A stretch of 64,000 bases of DNA from Candidatus Zambryskibacteria bacterium RIFCSPHIGHO2_01_FULL_46_25 (GCA_001825155.1 MHVH01000005.1:168501-232500); one strand, 5' to 3'; positions 1 to 9,059 are shown, counted from the stretch's first letter. Numbers and translations: made by a program. Notes: generated by a model from the sequence alone, not told the origin.

Positions 1-338
1 ATTAGTTTATATGTTTTTTTTATATATTCAGAAATATCACGAATTTCCGGAGAGTCTGAACCAGCGCAAGTTATTTTGAAAGTTTTAAACTCATCCTCGT
101 TACCTGCAATGACTGCCTCAATAAGACAGCCCAAAATAGACTTGTGATTTGAAATATAAAGTGGATTGTATTTGGTATCTTGTGACACAACATAGGCACG
201 AGCTACGCTCCTCAACTCCCTAACCTCATCCAAATTTGATACATAGTCTAAATAGATAGAATCTCCAACTTCTCTTCGTACGTGAAAAACTTTCTTTTTA
301 TTAATCTCATTTAGAACAATACTACGTAAACCCGTCAC
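1..338 (-). CDS. partial ORF (3' part; GTG start near 336-338; runs off the window start), hypothetical, possibly glycosyltransferase-related
   Basis: Open frame on the minus strand from the GTG at 336-338 to the window edge, with no stop; manual translation VTGLRSIVLNEINKKK...ITCAGSDSPEIRDIS. Confidence 0.3.
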   Translation of the reverse strand, partial: MTGLRSIVLNEINKKKVFHVRREVGDSIYLDYVSNLDEVRELRSVARAYVVSQDTKYNPLYISNHKSILGCLIEAVIAGNEDEFKTFKITCAGSDSPEIRDISEYIKKTYKL

Positions 339-348
339 GTAGGATAGT

Positions 349-2061
349 TTAATTTCTAGATTTAATTCTTTCATACCCATTCTTAATTTGATCAAAGGCA
401 TCAGAAACTCGTATTCTGTCCATGCAAAATTCTTCACAGCACGTAATCTCCTCTTGCCTTGAACTATGTTTGCACAATTTATGCCTATCTTTGTCATATA
501 ATGGTACCATGTATTCTGAAGTATGTAAATATTTAGGGTCAGTCGCACCGAATATAACAAATGAGCTCTTATTGAAGCTCTGGGCAATTACTGCTGGCCC
601 AGAGTCATTTCCGATAATAAATTTACAATGTTTAATAAGCGACATCATTTCGCTGAATGAGTAAGACTTCTCAAGTATTATGCATTTAACTTTAAACTCT
701 TTTTCAAGCAATTTTGCTAACTGAAGAAACTTATCGTAACCCCAATTTCTCTTTTTCTCCTCCCACCAACTGGTAGAAGGGGCAATGAGAATATACTCGT
801 CCTTAATAATTCTATTCCACTCATCATTCAAGGTTGGAATATCATTCATCTCAATGTCACCAAAACCAACTGATTCCATGTATCCTTGAATATATGTCTT
901 ATGGTTGTCACTTAACTCGTGTACCAGCCTGATGAAAGCATCACACTTTATCTGGTTCGAAATTAAGTCATTGTAATCGTATATATGGGTATAAGTGCCT
1001 AGTAGTTGCCCGGCGTCTGTAATCTTGGTTGCCAAGGAAATGGTATCGCTAAATTTTAATAGAAATTTAGCAACAGGCTCTGTCATTATCACATCACCCA
1101 GATGTCCACTCCTGACAAGGCAAATTGACTTAATCTGTCCCTTTTCAATCTTTCTCCTCAGATACTGACTGTGCCATTTGACCAATTTAGTATCGTAGAT
1201 AAATCTATCCTCTGGTATAAGAGTTCCCCAAAATGTTCTGTGTTCCGAAAACCATCTTTTTCTTATCTCGTCCACATTATTTTTAAATTCATCAACATAT
1301 TTTCTAATGGTTTCTATTCTCTCCATCCATGGTGCGTCCGAATCAGAGGTTGAGTCATTTTCGAATTCAGCAAGCTTCTTCCACTTTTTATATATTTCCT
1401 CCGGTTTTCCGCGAAATTCAAAATGTAAAAGCTTAGCCTCACTTGCGGGCACAATAAAAGGGTTCCAGTGATAATTACCAAAAAAATCTTTGTTGTTCTC
1501 AGTTCTTACATAATGGCCTCCCACCACGATTTCCATACGATCATGATTTTTAACAATAGCTTTTCTAAAATGACCGTATTCCTGCCATGGTTTTTCTGGC
1601 CACGGATAATAGTATTTTGTTGTATCTATTGGATTTACTGGTGAGCATGTAAAATCATTAAAAGTGTAATCAAATAAGGCGTTTGCCCACCCAATTGTTG
1701 CATAAGGAATTTTCTTGTCCTCTAGGCGATCTATAAAATCGTGTATATCTTTTTCTTTGATTGAAAAAAACTCGTCGACATCCAGAAATATAAACCAGTC
1801 TATCTCGTAGTTATCTTTTGCATACTTTAAGAGCTTATTAGCAATTCTTGCATGATCAAATACGGGATTCTCCTCATTGATGATTACTACCCGAGAATTA
1901 TTTTTATATTTGTCGAAAATCTCTTTGGTTCCATCTGTAGAGCAGTGATCAGCAATAAAAATGTAATCAAACCCGAGGTCTAGATGATAGGAAATATTTA
2001 AATCAGCATATAACTCCTCATTTCGTACCGACATCAGTATCGCAACACTGCTTCTTCTCAT
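349..2061 (-). CDS. two-domain glycosyltransferase: N-terminal GT2-like (nucleotide-diphospho-sugar transferase) plus C-terminal GT9/heptosyltransferase-like
   Basis: 570-aa ORF; N-terminus DHCSTDGTKEIFDKY...FLDVDEFF is GT2-like; C-terminus GHLGDVIMTEPV...GNDSGPAVIAQSF is heptosyltransferase-like. Confidence 0.6.
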   Translation of the reverse strand: MRRSSVAILMSVRNEELYADLNISYHLDLGFDYIFIADHCSTDGTKEIFDKYKNNSRVVIINEENPVFDHARIANKLLKYAKDNYEIDWFIFLDVDEFFSIKEKDIHDFIDRLEDKKIPYATIGWANALFDYTFNDFTCSPVNPIDTTKYYYPWPEKPWQEYGHFRKAIVKNHDRMEIVVGGHYVRTENNKDFFGNYHWNPFIVPASEAKLLHFEFRGKPEEIYKKWKKLAEFENDSTSDSDAPWMERIETIRKYVDEFKNNVDEIRKRWFSEHRTFWGTLIPEDRFIYDTKLVKWHSQYLRRKIEKGQIKSICLVRSGHLGDVIMTEPVAKFLLKFSDTISLATKITDAGQLLGTYTHIYDYNDLISNQIKCDAFIRLVHELSDNHKTYIQGYMESVGFGDIEMNDIPTLNDEWNRIIKDEYILIAPSTSWWEEKKRNWGYDKFLQLAKLLEKEFKVKCIILEKSYSFSEMMSLIKHCKFIIGNDSGPAVIAQSFNKSSFVIFGATDPKYLHTSEYMVPLYDKDRHKLCKHSSRQEEITCCEEFCMDRIRVSDAFDQIKNGYERIKSRN

Positions 2062-2100
2062 TGCCTAACTATATCATTTATGGTCGAATTTTAATACTGG

Positions 2101-2847
2101 CTACTTCAAAAGGTCATCGAGGTAATGTTTGAATTTATAAAATGCCGGATGATCAGGGTAGACAGCATGGAACATTGTAACTTCATCCAAATCTTCGATA
2201 TCAGCATTTTCGTTTGGACCAATTAACATATATTTTTCTTTCGGGAAAATATATAATTCGCCATTTATCGAATACCTAGTCAGAGCAATTGCTAGTGCTC
2301 CCTGCTCATCATGGTGGGTTTGATTATCTTTAGATATGTTCTTTTTCCACCAATTTAATTCTTCTGACAAATCTTGAGAAATGTTATAACCTGCTTTTTG
2401 TATAAAGAGACCAGCATTTACAAAGGGAGTTTGTTTGTCAGCTTTTTGCTGCATAGCCCCATACTGCCACAGCTGACCGAAAAACTCATCCATAATACCG
2501 AACTTTGATTTCGAGTCCTTGATGAAATCGTCAATTTCTTTTGGGTATCTCAATAAAAATACATCCGAGTCAATATAGACCTCCGTTTCATTTACATCTA
2601 TTCTCGGGCTTGGACACCACTTTTTCCATGTAGCAACAGAATCAATATCATACTCACTAACGATGTTGGTAAAATCTAGCACTTCAGCAATTCCGTTGAA
2701 TTTGTTCATCCAGTCACTTGGTGAATCTGTATAGATGACATATCTGTGTTTATTACCAAATTGCTTTTTGAAAGACAAAATACTATACCTAAGTAAATCT
2801 AGGTTTTTTTCTTTATATTGACCCCATATACTCCATCTAAATATCAT
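2101..2847 (-). CDS. hypothetical protein in glycosyltransferase cluster
   Basis: 248-aa ORF, same strand, tightly packed with neighbours. Confidence 0.35.
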   Translation of the reverse strand: MIFRWSIWGQYKEKNLDLLRYSILSFKKQFGNKHRYVIYTDSPSDWMNKFNGIAEVLDFTNIVSEYDIDSVATWKKWCPSPRIDVNETEVYIDSDVFLLRYPKEIDDFIKDSKSKFGIMDEFFGQLWQYGAMQQKADKQTPFVNAGLFIQKAGYNISQDLSEELNWWKKNISKDNQTHHDEQGALAIALTRYSINGELYIFPKEKYMLIGPNENADIEDLDEVTMFHAVYPDHPAFYKFKHYLDDLLK

Positions 2848-3590
2848 TTTATTTTAGGAAAATGTTTAGGTTTCCACTGCTTTCTTTTAGTATTATTATA
2901 TTTTGAATACATTTCGAATATCTTTCTTTGATCTGGTCTTTCAATAAGCCATTTATCAATATTGGTGTAATATCCATGAAAACCAAATTGATCTTTATAG
3001 TTATCATCGCCGCCCTCGAATGCAAATCTTCTTGCTAATTCTACATCAGCGAATTCTATTCCTCTTTTTATAAAAAGATCTCTGTACCATACACTGAACG
3101 CTATGTCTTCTGGATGAAAATATGGAATCTCACTTGATTTAAATAATTCTGCCGATACTTCTAAGAATTTCCTGCTCCTTATACAAAAACCTCCATTACC
3201 AACCACTCTTCTCCCTCTCCAGTTTTCAGGAAACCCAAAATCATTAATTGACCAATCTTTTACAACCCATGGTGCACCAATATAATCATAATTTAGAAAC
3301 TCATTGGTCCAACTATTTGGGTTTAAGATGAATCCATCCCATTGAACCAGTAAAACAAATTCTGTATCAACGTAGTCTTTTAAGTCACTTAAACAGAACT
3401 GCGAATATTGCTCATGAGAAGCAATCTCTTTTATTTTAATTAATCTATGATCTTCAACATCCTTTGAAGTAAGCAGCTTGGATTTTGCAAAAGTAATTTT
3501 TTCTTCGCACAAATTCATTACTTCCTGTAGCTTAGCTGGGTCGACACAATCAATCCCTAGCAAAGTAACTTTATCTAACTTTAATTTCAT
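2844..3590 (-). CDS. hypothetical protein in glycosyltransferase cluster
   Basis: 248-aa ORF overlapping the downstream gene by 4 nt (operon-like). Confidence 0.35.
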   Translation of the reverse strand: MKLKLDKVTLLGIDCVDPAKLQEVMNLCEEKITFAKSKLLTSKDVEDHRLIKIKEIASHEQYSQFCLSDLKDYVDTEFVLLVQWDGFILNPNSWTNEFLNYDYIGAPWVVKDWSINDFGFPENWRGRRVVGNGGFCIRSRKFLEVSAELFKSSEIPYFHPEDIAFSVWYRDLFIKRGIEFADVELARRFAFEGGDDNYKDQFGFHGYYTNIDKWLIERPDQRKIFEMYSKYNNTKRKQWKPKHFPKIK

Positions 3591-3610
3591 ATAATCGGAG
3601 TGCGTATAAT

Positions 3611-4891
3611 CTATTTGAGATTCTTCACAAGAAAATCCCTCATAATTACCGGAAAATCAAATCTGCCAATCGTGTTTGTGTTTTTATCAATAATTTCTCT
3701 CTTTGTGTTCTGATCCAATTTGGCTGTGGTGATTATTTTTTGTGAAAACAGTTCGATATCATTTGGATCAACGTATACAGACTCATCCTCACTAAATGCA
3801 TCAACTGCGCCATCAACCTCACTAATTATAGTTACAAAATTCATATCTCTTGAAAACAACTTGGCCTCAATTGAGGTGTGTGGGAATGGATCCATTATTG
3901 ATGGTATACATACAATATCTGTATTTTCATTTCTTAATACGGTTTTCCATATATCTGGATTGAAATCATCAATGATGATAGATCTAGGTGTATCTGAAAG
4001 AATGCTTCGGACTTCGGAGAAGTAATTCGATTCACCAGAATTATTTGGCATTTGTAAAATAAGATAGTGATTTGGCAACTGTTGAGCCGACATTTTCCAT
4101 GCCTGAGCAAGCTCTCTGAAACCTTTAGCGACCGAGCACCTTCCCCAAGAAAAAATAATCTTTGCATCTCGTTCGATATTTATATCAAATTTTTCTAAAT
4201 CAGAGTTTGTAAATTTCCTGCTAAGATAGTTGTCGTATCTACTAAAAAATAATCCATTTTGAAGAAAATCATCTTTTGAGAAAAATAATCCATAATCATT
4301 ATGCATTCTCTCAGCGAACTTTTTTCCTAAAGAAATGACCTTCGAGTCTTTATCTTTGAAGGCTAGGTCAAAACACTCTTGCTCAACCCTAATTCTATTT
4401 TCTCTCCAAACCTGATCTCCAAAAGCATGATTTTTGCCAGTACTTAATGGGAAATAAAAATACTTAACTTTTTTGCTGTTAACCAAATCTTTATATTTAG
4501 CAAAGAATAAAAAGGGAGTGTCATTTAAAATGATATAACTCTCCTCATCAGGGTTTAGAATAATATTTAGAGCAGTAACAAGGGAGGAGCATGTGTAATT
4601 CCATTCATTAAAACTTCTCCACATATCCCACTCACTTTCTCCTTTGGTCGAATTACATAGTGGCAACATGGCGCCTCCAGTTTCTGAAGTAAGTTTATTT
4701 GCCTTATCAAAACACTCTTTGTTAAACACTTTTGAACCCTGGTCTACATTGATATAAGCAATACTTACCTTCAAATCGAACTCATCAGCAAGTTCACCTA
4801 AAGCATCCACAAAATTTTTTGCAATTGTTCCAACTCCAGAATAATGCGTACCTATGCCGTCATATGTAGCTATAATTAGATGTTTCTTCAT
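3611..4891 (-). CDS. putative glycosyltransferase (GT1/GT4-like) / hypothetical
   Basis: 426-aa ORF; N-terminus IIATYDGIGTHYSGVGTIAKNF resembles the Rossmann-like start of GT-B enzymes. Confidence 0.4.
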   Translation of the reverse strand: MKKHLIIATYDGIGTHYSGVGTIAKNFVDALGELADEFDLKVSIAYINVDQGSKVFNKECFDKANKLTSETGGAMLPLCNSTKGESEWDMWRSFNEWNYTCSSLVTALNIILNPDEESYIILNDTPFLFFAKYKDLVNSKKVKYFYFPLSTGKNHAFGDQVWRENRIRVEQECFDLAFKDKDSKVISLGKKFAERMHNDYGLFFSKDDFLQNGLFFSRYDNYLSRKFTNSDLEKFDINIERDAKIIFSWGRCSVAKGFRELAQAWKMSAQQLPNHYLILQMPNNSGESNYFSEVRSILSDTPRSIIIDDFNPDIWKTVLRNENTDIVCIPSIMDPFPHTSIEAKLFSRDMNFVTIISEVDGAVDAFSEDESVYVDPNDIELFSQKIITTAKLDQNTKREIIDKNTNTIGRFDFPVIMRDFLVKNLK

Positions 4892-4959
4892 ATATTTCAG
4901 CTGGACTTAATTTCTAATAGAAGTGGCGAGTGATCTGATATCGGCTCATTAGTGATATT

Positions 4960-5330
4960 TAAAATACCACTCTTTTCAGAGTTTAGGAAGTACTGTGCCG
5001 ATGCTCTTCGGTCATCGTGTACAAGGTGGCTGGTTGGCAAGGTAGAGAAACTGTTCTCTTTTGCCCTAACGGCTCAGCAAGCTGAGCCGTTGGAAAACTA
5101 GACTTTCCGCTCATTCCATTCAAAAAAGTCTTATCACCGCCAACACTGAAAGTATGATAGCGGAAAGGCTGAGGAAGCGCTGTGCGCTTCCGAAGGGCCT
5201 TGAGCACCGAAGGTGCGAAAGGTGTACGGCGTCTGTAAGACGAGAGGCACGAGCACGCCCGCAGGGCGTGCGAGTTAGTTAGAATCAAGAATTTTTGATA
5301 AAGTAGGTTCGAGCAGACTCGTATAGAGCC
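4960..5330 (+). other. structured non-coding region of unknown family; ends in a tRNA-3'-like GGTTCGA...AGAGCCACCA
   Basis: About 370 nt without a credible ORF and dense in hairpins (GCACCttcgGTGC, GCACGCCCgcaGGGCGTGC, AACGGCTCAGCaagcTGAGCCGTT); its 3' end resembles the 3' half of tRNA-Leu; strand uncertain. Confidence 0.2.
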
Positions 5331-5422
5331 ACCATAGATGGGATAAAGCCCAATTCGGATAATTCGGATTTGGCTTGGCTGATGAAAACCCAAGGAATTT
5401 CGGGCACGGCGCGCGCTTCGCG
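5331..5422. repeat. left copy of a perfect 92-bp inverted repeat (partner 8581-8672); diverged similarity continues to about 5480
   Basis: Manual reverse-complement alignment gives 92/92 identity; begins with ACCA immediately after the tRNA-like 3' end. Confidence 0.9.
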
Positions 5423-5827
5423 CGAGTGGAGGTGTAGGTTCATAAAATTCAAAGCCAAAATATTTTCTGGAGGTTGATTTTAATACAAGGGTTCTGGGAG
5501 GTCGTACTTTTTAGTATGTGCTTGCCCCACCCGCCCGTGCGCGCACAAATTCTGCTCCCCTTAATGACATTCTCCATTTTACAACACTGATTATTCCTCC
5601 TGTCTTCTTGAAAAATCCTTATTTTATGATAGTTTATCGTCAGTGGCGATTCGTTCGCCACCAGAGTGCTCAACGGGAGAAGTTTGTTTACTCAAATTAC
5701 TCACAATGACGCACTCGCAACATTCAAGTAAGAAAGAAAGTTTTACTTTCCTTCCGAAAGGTGTTATCCTTAGTAGCGAGGCTGACCCAGCGTCGGCCTC
5801 GACTCCTAAGGGTACCGGTCCAAGTGG

Positions 5828-7084
5828 TTGTATGTTGGTTCGACTCCAACGGGATCGTCTATTGAAAAACATCTCAATTTACATTCAGTTTTCTCCTATT
5901 CAGAGTTTGGAAAAGCTTTTAACAAGCTAAAGAAAAAGAACAAATATAGGCAGACATCTGCAGATTTTAATTTAAAAGACCGATATTCCGACAAAAGAAT
6001 TCTAAACGCCCTAGGGAAATTCATACAGAAACATTCGAGCGATCAGGCAAGAGGATTGTATAGAGAAGTAGAAATCTACTCTCTTAGGCCATATAGGGGA
6101 ATTTCGATTTTAAAAAAGAGCGGGAAATATCGCCCACTTCTTGTTCCCTCTCCTTTGGATAGATTGGTATTTTTAACTGCGCTTCCAAGAATAAAAGGGT
6201 TGATTTATAAGAGACTTTTGAAATTTTCTGCTTTAGGGGTAGGCGTTAAGAGTGAGGAGGGATTAAAAATTACCATTGTATCTAATAAAATATTTGAAAA
6301 GGTTAAGCAGAAGAAAACGAGATATGTCCTTGCCTTAGATTTCCAGGACTTTTTCTCAACTATTCACAGAGATAAGCTGCACAGAAAACTTAAAACTATT
6401 TTTTCAAAAGCTGAAGAAAAAGAACTTTTGAAACTTTTAGTCTTGTCGATAAATAATCCTATAGAATCAGATGATCTTTTTAAAGCAAAATTTAAGAATC
6501 TTAATCTCGAGACAAGCGGAATTCCTCAAGGACTAGCGTACTCTCCATTACTAGCTAGTTTCTTTGCTACAAGTCTGGACGCCTTAGTGAGAAGAAACAA
6601 GTCAGTAATCTCGTACCGTTATTTAGATGATATGGTAATCATAGGGCCAAACAAAAGAAATCTTATAAAAATCTATAGAAAAATAAAAAGTTTTTCAGCT
6701 AAATTGGGTCTGAAGCTCCACGACCTTGGCGGAAAGACAAAAATATTACCAGTTATAAATCCCGATGATTCTTTCGATTTTCTCGGCATCTCTTTTTCTA
6801 AATCAGGTAAGCATATTACCAATCAAGCTATTAAGAAGTTTTTAGAAACCATAAAGACAGAAATCCTTACTGGGCGAGGATTAAGAACTTCTCCAGATAA
6901 TATCAAGAGGGTTTTTAAAGAATATGTCACTGGATGGAAACAATACTACTCGGCCATCTGCCCAGAGCACTATAAGGAAATAGCCCCAATTTTAGCAAAT
7001 GAAGTTCGTACTTATATGCTGAAAAAGAAAGCTTGGAAAAGGATATACCTAAGTGATGAAAATTTGTTTAACTTGAAGGAGTGA
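5828..7084 (+). CDS. reverse transcriptase (group II intron/retron-like prokaryotic RT; no intron RNA domains recognised)
   Basis: RT motifs RPLLVPSPLDRLV (RT2), LDFQDFFSTI (RT3), GIPQGLAYSPLLAS (RT4), YRYLDDMVII (RT5, YxDD), and thumb motif YVTGWKQYY; ORF opens with TTG, true start uncertain. Confidence 0.75.
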   Translation: MYVGSTPTGSSIEKHLNLHSVFSYSEFGKAFNKLKKKNKYRQTSADFNLKDRYSDKRILNALGKFIQKHSSDQARGLYREVEIYSLRPYRGISILKKSGKYRPLLVPSPLDRLVFLTALPRIKGLIYKRLLKFSALGVGVKSEEGLKITIVSNKIFEKVKQKKTRYVLALDFQDFFSTIHRDKLHRKLKTIFSKAEEKELLKLLVLSINNPIESDDLFKAKFKNLNLETSGIPQGLAYSPLLASFFATSLDALVRRNKSVISYRYLDDMVIIGPNKRNLIKIYRKIKSFSAKLGLKLHDLGGKTKILPVINPDDSFDFLGISFSKSGKHITNQAIKKFLETIKTEILTGRGLRTSPDNIKRVFKEYVTGWKQYYSAICPEHYKEIAPILANEVRTYMLKKKAWKRIYLSDENLFNLKE

Positions 7085-7191
7085 TATAATAAACTCGCAC
7101 TCAACCGATAATAAGTTGTCTTTTTAAATGGCCGTCTCGGGTCAGCTTAAGGCAACTTAGGTTGAGTGCACCGGGGCGGCCATTTAAGTTT

Positions 7192-8721
7192 ATGAAATAC
7201 TTTTTATACGTTAGAAAATCCACCGATGTTGAAGACAAGCAAGTGCTTTCTATTGAAGCGCAGCTTTCGGAATTGAGAACTATTGCTAAACATGATGAGC
7301 TAGAAATCGTAGAGGAGTTTATAGAAAAGCGAAGTGCAAAAGTTCCAGGCAGATCAATTTTTGAAGAAATGCTCCGCCGGATTGAAAAGGACGAAGCCGA
7401 AGGAATTATTTGCTGGAAAGTAGATAGACTTTCCAGAAATCCTGTAGACAGCGGACGTATCAGTTGGATGCTTCAGCAAAACATCATTCAAAAAGTTATC
7501 ACACACGATAGAGTTTATCTCCCGCAAGACAATGTGCTTATTATGTCTGTAGAGTTCGGGATGGCTAATCAATACATCAGAGATTTGAGTGTAAATACCA
7601 AACGAGGTTTAAGAGCCAAAGCCAGACAAGGTATTTACCCCAGTGTTGCGCCCCTAGGATATTTAAATGATGTAAGGAGTAAGACGATAGTTATAGATAG
7701 GAAGAAAAGCCTTATAGTCCGTAAAGCATTTGAGATGTATGCGGAAAATAAATATAACCAAGAAGATATAGCCAACTTTCTTTTCAAGAATGGTATTCAA
7801 AGCAGATTAATAAGAAGACCAGACGCAACTGGCGGTAAGCCCTTGAAGAGAGACCAGATTAAGTGGATCTTAGAAAGCCCTTTTTATTATGGAAACTTCT
7901 ACTATGCTGGCGAAGTTTGGGAAGGAAAACACAAACCCTTAATTTCAAAAAAGCTCTGGGATAAAGTCCAAGAAGTTTTGAAATTAAGAGGAAGGGTAAA
8001 GAAAGTTAAGACAGAACCTAAAGCATTTTCCGGACTTCTTTATTGTGGAGAATGTGGCTGTTCTATTACTGCCGAAAGACAAAAGGGACATATTTATTAT
8101 CGTTGCACCAAAAAGAAAGGTAAATGCTCACAGCCCTTTACTAGAGAGGAAGTTTTAGACTCCCAACTTTCGGCAATACTAACTTCCTTAGTATTGCCGA
8201 GTGAATGGGCTAAAGAATTAAATAAGATGTTGGATAAAGACGAAGCGGACATCACTCAATCCGCGACGGCGTCCGTCCAAGCTCTGCGGTCAGATGCGAT
8301 GGAGATAAACTCCAAGCTTGCCCGCATTACAGACCTCTTTGTGGAACAAGACATTGAGCGTGGAGAATACCTGGATAGGAAGAAAGCTCTAATGTCTCAA
8401 AAGAAGTCTGTAGAGGAACAAATCCTCTTACTTGAACGAGACGCTGCTAGATGGCTCGAACCGATGCGAGAATGGCTAAAGGTGGCTTCTAGCCTAGCTG
8501 AAGCCGCGCAATCGAACGACCTCCCCTCCAGAAAATCATACCTCCAGAAAATCTTTGGCTCGAACCTCACACTCCACTCACGCGAAGCGCGCGCCGTGCC
8601 CGAAATTCCTTGGGTTTTCATCAGCCAAGCCAAATCCGAATTATCCGAATTGGGCTTTATCCCATCTATGGTGGGTCAGGTGGGAATCGAACCCACATCC
8701 GCAGAGCGGACAACATTTTAA
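7192..8721 (+). CDS. large serine recombinase (resolvase/invertase N-domain, recombinase domain, zinc ribbon); ORF reads through the inverted repeat into tRNA-Leu
   Basis: MKYFLYVRKSTDVEDKQVLSIEAQ with catalytic-Ser context; zinc ribbon CGECGCS...YYRCTKKKGKC; ORF track starts at TTG 7162, ATG at 7192 is preferred; last ~50 aa are encoded by the inverted repeat and tRNA. Confidence 0.8.
   Translation: MKYFLYVRKSTDVEDKQVLSIEAQLSELRTIAKHDELEIVEEFIEKRSAKVPGRSIFEEMLRRIEKDEAEGIICWKVDRLSRNPVDSGRISWMLQQNIIQKVITHDRVYLPQDNVLIMSVEFGMANQYIRDLSVNTKRGLRAKARQGIYPSVAPLGYLNDVRSKTIVIDRKKSLIVRKAFEMYAENKYNQEDIANFLFKNGIQSRLIRRPDATGGKPLKRDQIKWILESPFYYGNFYYAGEVWEGKHKPLISKKLWDKVQEVLKLRGRVKKVKTEPKAFSGLLYCGECGCSITAERQKGHIYYRCTKKKGKCSQPFTREEVLDSQLSAILTSLVLPSEWAKELNKMLDKDEADITQSATASVQALRSDAMEINSKLARITDLFVEQDIERGEYLDRKKALMSQKKSVEEQILLLERDAARWLEPMREWLKVASSLAEAAQSNDLPSRKSYLQKIFGSNLTLHSREARAVPEIPWVFISQAKSELSELGFIPSMVGQVGIEPTSAERTTF
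8581..8672. repeat. right copy of the perfect 92-bp inverted repeat (partner 5331-5422); extended similarity to about 8490
   Basis: Exact reverse complement of 5331-5422; lies within the recombinase 3' coding region and ends at the CCA of tRNA-Leu. Confidence 0.9.
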
Positions 8722-8754
8722 GTGTTGCGCGTATACCTATTCCGCCACTGACCC
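8669..8754 (-). tRNA. tRNA-Leu (anticodon TAA), CCA encoded
   Basis: Manual cloverleaf: acceptor GGGTCAG/CTGACCC, anticodon arm CAACA-CTTAAAA-TGTTG, long variable arm, T-arm GGGTTCGATTCCC. Confidence 0.85.
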
Positions 8755-8756
8755 AG

Positions 8757-8829
8757 AGGCGTAGAGGGGAATCGAACCCCTGCAATAACAGTTTTGCAGA
8801 CTGTCGCGTTACCACTTCGCCACTACGCC
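8757..8829 (-). tRNA. tRNA-Cys (anticodon GCA)
   Basis: Acceptor GGCGTAG/CTACGCC, anticodon loop CTGCAAA, T-arm GGGGTTCGATTCCCC. Confidence 0.8.
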
Positions 8830-8900
8830 AAAACCACTATTACCATACCATAAAATGTTGAAAAACGGTTCGATTAATGAGATACTATGCTTTGTTTGTT

Positions 8901-8973
8901 GCGCCCATAGCTCAGCTGGTAGAGCAGATCCCTCTTAAGGATAAGGTCCAAGGTTCGATCCCTTGTGGGCGCA
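8901..8973 (+). tRNA. tRNA-Lys (anticodon CTT)
   Basis: Acceptor GCGCCCA/TGGGCGC, D-arm GCTCAGCTGGTAGAGC, anticodon loop CTCTTAA, T-arm CAAGGTTCGATCCCTTG. Confidence 0.8.
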
Positions 8974-8977
8974 CAAT

Positions 8978-9059
8978 GCCGAGGTGGCGAAATTGGCAGA
9001 CGCGCCAGCTTTAGGAGCTGGTACCGCAAGGTGTGGAGGTTCAAGTCCTCTCCTCGGCA
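8978..9059 (+). tRNA. tRNA-Leu (anticodon TAG)
   Basis: Acceptor GCCGAGG/CCTCGGC, anticodon arm CCAGC-TTTAGGA-GCTGG, long variable arm, T-arm GGAGGTTCAAGTCCTCT. Confidence 0.85.

Noticed and set aside
4960-5330. Calling the structured region tmRNA or RNase P RNA
   Set aside because: The RNase P P4 strands (AGGAAAGUCCGGGCUCC / ACAGAACCCGGCUUA) are not present. No tag-peptide reading frame ending in ...AA-stop and no 5'-3' acceptor pairing could be built. Left as an unknown structured region.
4983-5393. 136-aa minus-strand ORF sharing the N-terminus MGFHQPSQIRIIRIGLYPIYGGS with plus-strand ORF 8610-8861
   Set aside because: The shared peptide is the translation of the 92-bp inverted repeat on the two strands; neither has an RBS, and both overlap structured RNA and tRNA genes. 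Treated as a repeat artefact, not paralogous proteins.
5828-7191. Group II intron call for the RT
   Set aside because: No domain V/VI-like hairpin (GAGC...AGC...GNRA...GUUC) follows the ORF, and no convincing GUGYG...AY boundaries were found, so only an RT gene is annotated.
5420-8580. Diversity-generating retroelement (DGR)
   Set aside because: RT4 shows the canonical QG, not the DGR-typical SQ. No template/variable repeat pair or Avd-like gene was recognised by eye.
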